Source: Candidatus Levyibacteriota bacterium (lineage in GTDB: Bacteria > Patescibacteriota > Microgenomatia > Levybacterales > GWA1-39-11). Taken from it: DNA of 64,000 nt. The notes below the pieces were generated by a model, which saw nothing but the letters and a program-made list of their open reading frames with translations, was not told the DNA's origin and searched no databases. The stretch lies in NCBI GenBank assembly GCA_018062815.1, contig JAGORM010000001.1, positions 87,029 through 151,028 on the forward strand, read 5' to 3'. Below are positions 34,300 through 41,785 of the stretch, piece by piece. Every line of letters begins with the position of its first letter. Positions within the stretch are counted from its first letter, which is position 1. The position numbers and the translations under genes were made by a program.

Positions 34300-35422
34300 T
34301 TTTTATTTCCTCTCTGATTCTTATAATTTGTGATTGGAAAAAGTATAAGTTGTGATAGGAAAAAAGAGTGAGCGGAGTGATTTCGTAGGCTTTTAGCAGA
34401 TGAGCTAAGTAAGATCTTTTATATTGTTGGCAGACAAAACATGAACAGTTTTTATCCAGGGGTTCATTATCAGTTAACATATCGCTCTTCCTCATATTAA
34501 TCTTCCCGGTGGATGTAAATATTATTCCCCGTCTTGCGTAGTGAGTGGGTGCTATACAGTCAAACGTATCAATTCCCGCTTTTATAATAGGAATAAAATC
34601 ATCAGGATGTCCTATTCCAAGCAAATGTCTAGGTTTTTCATCAGGAATGTTTGGAATCACCCATGATAGCATTTCAGAAAGCGTATCTTTGTTATCTCCA
34701 AATTCTCCACCTATTGCTATTCCGTTAAAATCCATTTTTCCAATTGTAAGCGCACTGTTGGTGCGTAAATCCTTAAATTTACCACCCTGAACTATTCCAT
34801 ACATTGCCTGATTTGATTTTTTAATGTCCAGGCAAATTTTTGCCCATCTATGGGTTTTTTCCATAGATTTTTTAGTGTATTCATAATTTGCAATAGGACT
34901 TGTGCATTCATCAAATGCGTTTATGATGTCAGCCCCTAAATCTTCTTGAATCTTTACGGATTCATAAGGACCTAAAAATATTTTTTTTCCGTCTATTGGC
35001 GAGCGAAACTCAACTCCATCTTCAGTAATTTTGACTTTTTGTGGTTGTTGGCCTTCAGTAATTGAAAGTGAAGACTTTTTTTTTAAAATTTTACCCACAC
35101 CGTGATCCATTCCAAATCCTAGCGAGAAAACTTGAAAACCACCTGAATCAGTCATGATGGGACGATCCCAATTGGAAAATTTGTGTAATCCGCCTGCCTT
35201 TTTAATTATCTTTTCTCCCGGTTTAAGGTGTAGGTGGAATGTATTTTCTATTAGAACTTGAGTTTTGGTCTCTCTTACCTGATCCCATGTTAAGGCTTTC
35301 ATTGTAGCCTGAGTTGCGACACCAACTAATGTAGGGGTTTCAATTTCTCCATGTGGGGTTTTAAGAATACCAACCCGCGCACGGGATTTGGAGGATTTTT
35401 TTTGGATATCAAATGAAATCAT
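34286..35422 (-). CDS. tgt: Queuine tRNA-ribosyltransferase (tRNA-guanine transglycosylase)
   Basis: TIM-barrel TGT motifs and zinc subdomain CSCFVCQ...H. Confidence 0.9.
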   Translation of the reverse strand: MISFDIQKKSSKSRARVGILKTPHGEIETPTLVGVATQATMKALTWDQVRETKTQVLIENTFHLHLKPGEKIIKKAGGLHKFSNWDRPIMTDSGGFQVFSLGFGMDHGVGKILKKKSSLSITEGQQPQKVKITEDGVEFRSPIDGKKIFLGPYESVKIQEDLGADIINAFDECTSPIANYEYTKKSMEKTHRWAKICLDIKKSNQAMYGIVQGGKFKDLRTNSALTIGKMDFNGIAIGGEFGDNKDTLSEMLSWVIPNIPDEKPRHLLGIGHPDDFIPIIKAGIDTFDCIAPTHYARRGIIFTSTGKINMRKSDMLTDNEPLDKNCSCFVCQQYKRSYLAHLLKAYEITPLTLFSYHNLYFFQSQIIRIREEIKNGKI

Positions 35423-35495
35423 GCTGTATTATATCAAGTTTGAGGCTAAACTTCGAGCTTGTTGCGTTTTTACATAACGGGTGTTATAAGAAAAC

Positions 35496-36032
35496 ATGTC
35501 AACTTTCGAGAATGAACGACGAATTATAGCTAAACCATTTCCAATATCTGATAGAGCTTGGGAAATTGCAGCCTCTGAATTGTTAAGTGTGCGGGATGAT
35601 AAAATTGTTCAAAGTTTGGATCACGAAAGAGGAATTTTAAAAAAGCATTATCCCAATATACATTTTCTTATTACAAACCTTTCTGGTCGGATTTCGGAAA
35701 ATGTTAAAGTAGACACTGTTTATTATACGGCAGGATTGTTTGTTGGATTTAGAATGCATAGGGCGGAGGCAGAAATTAGAGGAGGAGTATTGCCTGAGGT
35801 ACCAACGGAATCACTTATTCAATTTCTTGCCCATGATATTAATCTTTCTAAAGACCTCGCATTAAATGAGCAGCAAAAAATCAGAAAATTGCAAGAAGAA
35901 TTATTTGATCGGTTTAAGTTACAGGAGCCACAGGCGTGGAGAGGTCTTCAAAGAAAACGATTTGCTTCAAATGAAATGAAAGATGGTATGTATTTTGGGA
36001 TTTCAAATATGAACGCCCTCATAAGAAAGTAA
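35496..36032 (+). CDS. Hypothetical protein
   Basis: 178-aa intact ORF, no recognisable motif. First gene of a low-conservation block downstream of tgt. Confidence 0.45.
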   Translation: MSTFENERRIIAKPFPISDRAWEIAASELLSVRDDKIVQSLDHERGILKKHYPNIHFLITNLSGRISENVKVDTVYYTAGLFVGFRMHRAEAEIRGGVLPEVPTESLIQFLAHDINLSKDLALNEQQKIRKLQEELFDRFKLQEPQAWRGLQRKRFASNEMKDGMYFGISNMNALIRK

Positions 36033-36046
36033 TCAAAATTATAACG

Positions 36047-36844
36047 TCAAAGTTCTAGCTTGTGTTGAGTTTTTGTTCTTTCTTCTTGTTCTTTTTTGTG
36101 GGTTGCCTCGCGTGCAAATTTACAATAATCACACCCGAAGGTGAAATCTGGAATAGTGTCTGATGTAAGTAATACTCTAATTTTTTGAAGTGTTGAGTAT
36201 ATCCATGAAGTGTCCCCGGTATATGAAATGATAGATAAATCAAATTCTAATCTTCCGTCAAATTTTGCACGATTCTTTCCGGCATTTGCAAATACAAAAT
36301 ATCCGGTATGTGATACTTTATACCCCGAGTTTCTAAATATCCACTGATAGATTTCCATTTGGCGTTTGTATGTGTCTTTGTATTCATCATGAAGGCTGAT
36401 AGTCCGATCTGTACTTGTTGCCTTGTAGTCAACTATGAGTAACTCTTCTTTTTTGTTTTGCCATATATCATCAATTGCTCCGACTACTATAAAATTAGTA
36501 TCACGTTCGTGATAACTTTTCCCCTTGAAATTTTCTTTCCATCTATCAATTTCAGGATGTTTAAATGGAACCGCATCTATTTTATATTTTTTCATAAGTT
36601 CATGTGTCTCCCCGCTCAAGCGAAGAAGGTCAAACTCTTTTTTTAAAAGTGCATCAACCGTATTATTTAGGGTAAATGTAGGCATACTGGGTCGTGTGAT
36701 ACCCGTTCTTCTGTCTAGGTAGAAACATCTGGGGCATTGCATGAATAAGTCAATTTTAGATCTTGAAATCTTGTATGGTTCTGTAGACTTTGGATCAAAA
36801 AGAGGACTAAACCTATACTTATAAGAGGAGAGGGTTTTATGCAT
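36047..36844 (-). CDS. PD-(D/E)XK nuclease, Cas4/RecB-like with four flanking cysteines (putative Fe-S/Zn site)
   Basis: Motif II D (GAIDDIW), motif III IVDYKAT, QMEIYQW (QxxxY), Cys pairs CPRC (N-terminal) and CDYC (C-terminal); 265 aa. Confidence 0.6.
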   Translation of the reverse strand: MHKTLSSYKYRFSPLFDPKSTEPYKISRSKIDLFMQCPRCFYLDRRTGITRPSMPTFTLNNTVDALLKKEFDLLRLSGETHELMKKYKIDAVPFKHPEIDRWKENFKGKSYHERDTNFIVVGAIDDIWQNKKEELLIVDYKATSTDRTISLHDEYKDTYKRQMEIYQWIFRNSGYKVSHTGYFVFANAGKNRAKFDGRLEFDLSIISYTGDTSWIYSTLQKIRVLLTSDTIPDFTFGCDYCKFAREATHKKEQEERTKTQHKLEL

Positions 36845-36897
36845 AAGAAACTATTATAAAGTCATCTGTTAAGAACATTCAAGCATATCAGAGTGAT

Positions 36898-37134
36898 TCA
36901 GATTTTTGGTTTTTCCCCGGTGAAGTAGCAGATAAATGACAGAATTACAGTGGTAATTAAAAGTTCGGGAAGAAACGCAATAAGTGTGCCCGAAATTGAG
37001 TGGGATGAGGCGTCGATTCTTAGAAAATCCCATACAAGGAAAACAACATATACAGTAACTATTCCCCACCCTTGCCATGTTGCAGGTCTCCAGCCTATTC
37101 CGTGCCGTAAGGAGGCAAACCATCGCTTTTTCAT
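36898..37134 (-). CDS. Hypothetical small membrane protein
   Basis: 78 aa with two hydrophobic helices. Overlaps an alternative-frame ORF; weak support. Confidence 0.3.
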   Translation of the reverse strand: MKKRWFASLRHGIGWRPATWQGWGIVTVYVVFLVWDFLRIDASSHSISGTLIAFLPELLITTVILSFICYFTGEKPKI

Positions 37135-37157
37135 ATCTGTTAAAATATTACCAGTAT

Positions 37158-37766
37158 ATGTCCCATTCTGTCAAAAAAGCGCTTGTCCATTTTAAGAAGA
37201 CAGATGCTGTGCTATATAAAACAGCTATAAAACTCGAAATTCCAGAGTTAGAGCCTCGTGGAGATCACTTTTACTCACTTGTGAGGGCAATCACAAATCA
37301 GCAATTATCAGGGAAAGCGGCAGATACAATTTATTCAAGAGTCTTAAAATTGCTTCCGGGTGAAAAACTAGATGCCTCTGAAATTATTAAGATTGATGAT
37401 GCTGACCTGCGAAGTGCAGGGTTATCTTGGGGGAAGGTTTCTTACCTGAAGGATTTGGCTTTTAGAACAGTTAATAATCAGATACCCTTTGATAGCTTTG
37501 AAAACCTTAATGAGGAAGAGATAATTTTGGAATTAACTAAGATAAAAGGGATTGGGAGATGGAGTGCTGAGATGTTTTTAATGTTTCATCTGTGTCGTCC
37601 GGATATATTTTCATATGGGGATTTGGGTCTAAGAAATGCTATTCAAAAGTTGTATGTTTTGGATAAGCATCCGACTGTTAAGGAGGCGGAGGAGTTATCA
37701 GTTAAGTGGAAGCCATATAGAACATATGCGAGTAGAATTTTATGGATGAGTTTAGACGGGGAATAG
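37158..37766 (+). CDS. HhH-GPD superfamily DNA glycosylase (DNA-3-methyladenine glycosylase II/AlkA-like)
   Basis: Helix-hairpin-helix LTKIKGIGRWSAEMFLMF followed by catalytic Asp in YGDLGL. ATG at 37158 chosen (MSHSVKK...). Confidence 0.8.
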   Translation: MSHSVKKALVHFKKTDAVLYKTAIKLEIPELEPRGDHFYSLVRAITNQQLSGKAADTIYSRVLKLLPGEKLDASEIIKIDDADLRSAGLSWGKVSYLKDLAFRTVNNQIPFDSFENLNEEEIILELTKIKGIGRWSAEMFLMFHLCRPDIFSYGDLGLRNAIQKLYVLDKHPTVKEAEELSVKWKPYRTYASRILWMSLDGE

Positions 37767-37787
37767 GAATAGATGTTTAGATATTGT

Positions 37788-38912
37788 TTAGTTATCACTG
37801 AGTTTCCCATCATCAAGCATTTCTACTCCCTTTATGTCTGGTAGCGCACTTCCCATAATCCCCTTGAGGTCTCCCTGCATTCCAAATGTGTTATCGACAA
37901 CCTGACGAATATTTTTTTCGTCTCTGGACCATTTATTTGCAAAATATCTCTTTTCTTTTTCTATCTCAGTTTGCATATTCGTAAATGCTTCTATTATTGC
38001 TTCAACTCGATGTTTGAATTCCGTACCTGAAAGATAAGTATATAATATGTCCATTTTTTCTTGTTTCCCCTCATTGGCTCGTTTAGCCATTGCAATTTGA
38101 ACCAATGATAGTCGCAAGGAATATGCAAGCCCCATTACAAATTCATGCTTTACAATCCATACACCTTTGTGGAATTTTGCACTTTCTACGTCAGCAGGGA
38201 CCGCTTCAGAGATAAGAACAGCATATTCTGCAGTAATAGACCTTTGATCTGATTTTAATTTATCTATCCAAGGCTCGCTCCATGCTTTTGTATTTTTTAG
38301 TTCCCAAAGAATCTTTCCGCAAATATTCCCATTTCTGTCGGTTACTTCCTGGATAATATCACCACCGCGTGTTCCTTTTGCAACTTCAGATATAGTGTCA
38401 TTAGGAAATTCATGCTTGAGTTTTTCTTCAAATTCTAATTCAAACGCTTCTCCTTGTGTTTGCTGAGAGCCTTGTTGAAGTTTACGTCTGGCGTCTTCTA
38501 GCTCTTTTAATGTATCTGATAATTGCTTATCTTTTTCTAAAATTTTAAGCCTCTGTTCTTCTTCTGCCTTTTTAGTTACTTCTACTCTAATTTTTTCAGT
38601 ATCGGATGCTAATTTCTTTTCCATTTCAAGTTCTCTTTCTTCGTCTTTTGTTTTAAGGTTACGTAGAGATTTGTTAAGCTCAAGCAAGCTTTCTTGGAGT
38701 TTCATGTTTTGATCGCGTAGTTCTGATTTTTCATTTTCTGAATCTTTCAGTATAAGTTCTTGTTCAGACTGAAGTTTTTTCCTTACTTTTTCTTCTGTTT
38801 CAGTTTTTGCTTTTTCTATATCCTTTTCAAAATCTTCCTGAAATTCGTGTTTTAGAGCTTCAGTTAATTCAATCTGATTTTTGCAGTGAGGGCAAAGGAA
38901 TGTATTTTGCAT
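37788..38912 (-). CDS. DUF2130-like protein: N-terminal CPHC zinc-ribbon-like motif, long coiled coil, C-terminal globular domain
   Basis: MQNTFLCPHCKNQIELTEA... followed by about 140 aa of heptad-rich E/K/L sequence and a conserved-looking C-terminal domain (GEAFELEFEEKLKHEFPNDTISEVAKGTRGGDIIQ...). Family assignment from memory. Confidence 0.5.
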   Translation of the reverse strand: MQNTFLCPHCKNQIELTEALKHEFQEDFEKDIEKAKTETEEKVRKKLQSEQELILKDSENEKSELRDQNMKLQESLLELNKSLRNLKTKDEERELEMEKKLASDTEKIRVEVTKKAEEEQRLKILEKDKQLSDTLKELEDARRKLQQGSQQTQGEAFELEFEEKLKHEFPNDTISEVAKGTRGGDIIQEVTDRNGNICGKILWELKNTKAWSEPWIDKLKSDQRSITAEYAVLISEAVPADVESAKFHKGVWIVKHEFVMGLAYSLRLSLVQIAMAKRANEGKQEKMDILYTYLSGTEFKHRVEAIIEAFTNMQTEIEKEKRYFANKWSRDEKNIRQVVDNTFGMQGDLKGIMGSALPDIKGVEMLDDGKLSDN

Positions 38913-38978
38913 GGTGGAGAGTTACTTTATCATACGACTACTATTGTTTCAATTGCTTATTTACTCAAAACAGCTAAT

Positions 38979-40433
38979 TTATTGAGAATCAACTAGTTTA
39001 TATCCCCTTGTTTTTACTGTTACTATTTCTTCCTTTGCATTTTGGGACTTGAGTTTGTTTCTCAATCTTGCGACTAATCTATCTATGGCCCAGTCAGATA
39101 CTCCGAGTGTTTCTGCTTCCGGCCAAACACATTCAATTATTTTTTCTCGCTCGCATACATCATTCATGTTCTGTTTTAGAAATGTAAGGAGGAGATGCTC
39201 CTTTTTGCTTAATTCCAATATCTGCCCCTCTTTTTTATTTGAATGAGTTTTTTCATGTAAAAAACGTTCAAACAACGGACTAAAGATAGTTGTATCAGGA
39301 GTAACTAAACCTGTTTTAAATAAATAAGCACCTTTAAGAGGTTCTTTTTGTTTAGTCCCCCGCGTGATGTCTTTTAAAACTTGTCTTTCTTCTTCACTAA
39401 GACTCTCCCACAGTTCTTCGGATTGTAAGGCTATCCTTTCATCCTGAAATAGAAAGTCAAAAAGAGACTCTTTTTTTACAATCTCTTTTTCTTCATGGAG
39501 TGCAATAAGTGCATAATGTAGATATTGATTATACCCATCAACCAGTCGTAAGAGTTCGGGTTCCAGGTCCATAGACCCTTTTAGCGGATACTGTTCTATA
39601 GTTTTTTCAAAAATAATTTTGATATCAGATGCAACAGCAGGTTTTACATAAAGTGTATCTGCAAATACAGTAAGCGCATGTTTTGTAAATACACTCGATG
39701 AATGTGCGTCTAATGGTCTTACGCTTGTAAATACAAATGAAAGTTTGTTTTGTGTCGCGTCTATAAGTCCTTGAAAATTTGCGAAAAAAGATTGGGTTGC
39801 TACATCAATCATCCTATCAAAACGGATAAAAAATATTGTTGGGTTAAATCCTGCTTCACATAGGTAAATTAGACTTTTTCTTACACCATCTATTGTGAGA
39901 AATAGATCTTGGGTCTGGATACTATCTAGAAAAAGTTGTGATATTTTCTTTTTGACCTCTGGATTAGAAACATTTTCTTCAACAAAGTCCGCAATTCTTT
40001 TAAATGTTAAAATCCAAAATGGAAATATCTCACGTTCTACTAAATTGTTTAAGTCTACTGGTATGAAAATGTGCGTTTCATCTCCTATGTACTTCTTTTT
40101 AATATCCTTGTGATTTAGGAAAAAGCGTAAAAAATTACTTATTCCAACACGCTTCATTCCTACGAGTACGACTGATCTCCTGTTTTGAAGGCATAGTCCA
40201 AGCTTCTCTGAGTCTGATGACCTAAATTCAATAGGATAAGAATTTTCAATAATGAAGGTTTTCATGATGGTATTGTACAGCTTTGGGGAAATCTTATCAA
40301 ACATATTTGCGTCAGGATTGTGTCTGAAAAATAGTTGCATATAGTCAAGCTGAAAAATAATGTGTACTGTAATATTCAAATATGGCAAACGTGGAAACAG
40401 GTAGTAGGAAAACATTGCAGGTCTATGAAGCAA
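38979..40433 (-). CDS. Deviant P-loop NTPase-like domain fused to C-terminal OmpR/PhoB-type winged-helix DNA-binding domain
   Basis: C-terminal LSKKEHLLLTFLKQNMNDVCEREKIIECVWPE...DWAIDRLVARLRNKL...IVTVKTRGYKLV matches the trans_reg_C pattern. N-terminal VVLVGMKRVGISNF (GxxxxGIS) and hhhhD (IFIPVDL) suggest a degenerate Walker A/B. True start uncertain (internal Met candidates). Confidence 0.55.
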   Translation of the reverse strand: MLHRPAMFSYYLFPRLPYLNITVHIIFQLDYMQLFFRHNPDANMFDKISPKLYNTIMKTFIIENSYPIEFRSSDSEKLGLCLQNRRSVVLVGMKRVGISNFLRFFLNHKDIKKKYIGDETHIFIPVDLNNLVEREIFPFWILTFKRIADFVEENVSNPEVKKKISQLFLDSIQTQDLFLTIDGVRKSLIYLCEAGFNPTIFFIRFDRMIDVATQSFFANFQGLIDATQNKLSFVFTSVRPLDAHSSSVFTKHALTVFADTLYVKPAVASDIKIIFEKTIEQYPLKGSMDLEPELLRLVDGYNQYLHYALIALHEEKEIVKKESLFDFLFQDERIALQSEELWESLSEEERQVLKDITRGTKQKEPLKGAYLFKTGLVTPDTTIFSPLFERFLHEKTHSNKKEGQILELSKKEHLLLTFLKQNMNDVCEREKIIECVWPEAETLGVSDWAIDRLVARLRNKLKSQNAKEEIVTVKTRGYKLVDSQ

Positions 40434-40544
40434 AGAAGCTTGTACCCAATGAAGATCACATAGTAATTAGGCTTGTCGGTCCTGAGTCAAAAAATTTTGG
40501 AGATCAACCTGTAGTTATATATAGTAGAAAGGAGGCGTATAAAT

Positions 40545-40709
40545 AATGGCAAGATTTATTGAAGGACGACCAATGAAGGGTAAAGTATCTGGTCAACCAA
40601 GTGGTTTTAGTGAAAGATCTAATATAACGCCAGATCATAGCTTGTGTAGGGCTATTCCAAGACCACAAGTGGTGGAGGATCAGAAGCCAAAGCCTTCTAA
40701 AACAAAATA
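40545..40709 (+). CDS. Unannotated 54-aa small ORF with strong Shine-Dalgarno (MARFIEGRPMKGKVSGQPSGFSERSNITPDHSLCRAIPRPQVVEDQKPKPSKTK)
   Basis: AAAGGAGG at 40527-40534, 10 nt upstream of ATG 40545. Below the 60-aa cutoff of the ORF track. Basic, Pro-rich, no TM helix. 3' end overlaps the convergent CAP gene by about 30 nt. Confidence 0.35.
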
Positions 40710-41297
40710 ATTTCCAGAGATTCCAACACACGCGAATTGAATATTTTTCTTCATATTTTCAGCATGCATTGGTGAATTAATCCATTGAGGCACGACTTCC
40801 ATAGGGGCAGAGTTAAAGGCTATATTTTCAATGACAATACTATAAGAGGTGTAGGGAAGTGTATGATTATTTATTCTGTTTGTAAATCCTTCATGGCTTA
40901 GATTTGTAGTAATCTCATCAGCACGAATTTGAGCAAATGAACATGTTTCAGAAGTGGAAGCTACCATTGAGTATCCATTTGCTTTTCTGAAATTATTTAC
41001 TTGTTCAAGTAAAGATTCAGAGACCGACTGTTGTTTAGGGAGTACTTCTGTGGGTGTTGCTGCAAGATTTTGTGCTGAAGTAATTTTTGGTGTGGAAGTG
41101 GGCATGTTTATAGTAGGTACTCGCGCGGGAGTAAGAGTTGGGGTAGGGGTAAGTGTTGGAACCTTTGCTTTCACATTCTCCGTAGTAGGAGCAGCCTCTA
41201 CTTGTTGCGAATTAAAATAAAATATAGTAATAAAGATGCCACTTAAAGATACTGTAAAAATAGCCAGAATTAGCAGAAAAATTCTTTCATTGCGCAT
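40680..41297 (-). CDS. Membrane-anchored CAP/SCP (YkwD-like) domain protein
   Basis: N-terminal TM helix, TPTPT linker, CAP motifs (VNNFRKANG, HEGFTNRI, SPMHAENM, ACVGISGNYFV). Confidence 0.7.
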   Translation of the reverse strand: MRNERIFLLILAIFTVSLSGIFITIFYFNSQQVEAAPTTENVKAKVPTLTPTPTLTPARVPTINMPTSTPKITSAQNLAATPTEVLPKQQSVSESLLEQVNNFRKANGYSMVASTSETCSFAQIRADEITTNLSHEGFTNRINNHTLPYTSYSIVIENIAFNSAPMEVVPQWINSPMHAENMKKNIQFACVGISGNYFVLEGFGF

Positions 41298-41398
41298 CAG
41301 ATGTACACTTTACGAAATCTGGAATTTAATTGTCAAATATTCTTTTAGCTTTAATACTTTGTGTTTATGCTTATAATTCAGCATTAGTTAACATCTAT

Positions 41399-41668
41399 TT
41401 ATTCTAATGTTCTTAAGAACTTAAGAATGAATTTCCCCCGTTGATTTAGGGAGTGTCTCTTGCTTGTTTTATAAGACTGTTTTTTTATAAGTCCTGAAGC
41501 GGTTAGTCTTCTTACGTGTTCGCTTGCGGTTTTGTAGTTGGTATTTGTCTTAATAGAAATTTCTTCCAATGAAATATAGGGATAAGCTTCTAAAATCTCT
41601 AGAATTTCAATTCTTGAGTGATTTGAGAAGCTTTTTATAATTGTTTCAATTGTGTTAGGGGTGAGCAT
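41399..41668 (-). CDS. ArsR/SmtB-family winged-helix transcriptional regulator
   Basis: FSNHSRIEILEIL...ISLEEIS...TASEHVRRLTASGLIKK pattern; 89 aa. Immediately downstream of the efflux genes on the same strand. Confidence 0.65.
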   Translation of the reverse strand: MLTPNTIETIIKSFSNHSRIEILEILEAYPYISLEEISIKTNTNYKTASEHVRRLTASGLIKKQSYKTSKRHSLNQRGKFILKFLRTLE

Positions 41669-41785
41669 ATTCTATTGTTCTCAAGAATAAGTAAATTAGT
41701 CAAGATGCAATTATTAATTTAAAATAAATAATTACAATCTTTTTATAATAATTGAATAATTTGCGCAGATGGGTGATAAAGGAAG

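Noticed and set aside
40504-40731. 75-aa minus-strand ORF (MCWNLWKLFCFRRLW…)
   Set aside because: W/L-rich implausible composition. It overlaps both the CAP gene 3' end and the plus-strand sORF, which has a strong SD. The sORF is the better explanation of this region.
41669-41700. Short inverted repeats (ATTCT…AGAAT; TTCT-ca-AGAA) overlapping the ArsR start codon, considered as an ArsR operator
   Set aside because: Only 4-5 bp arms in AT-rich sequence. Indistinguishable from chance.
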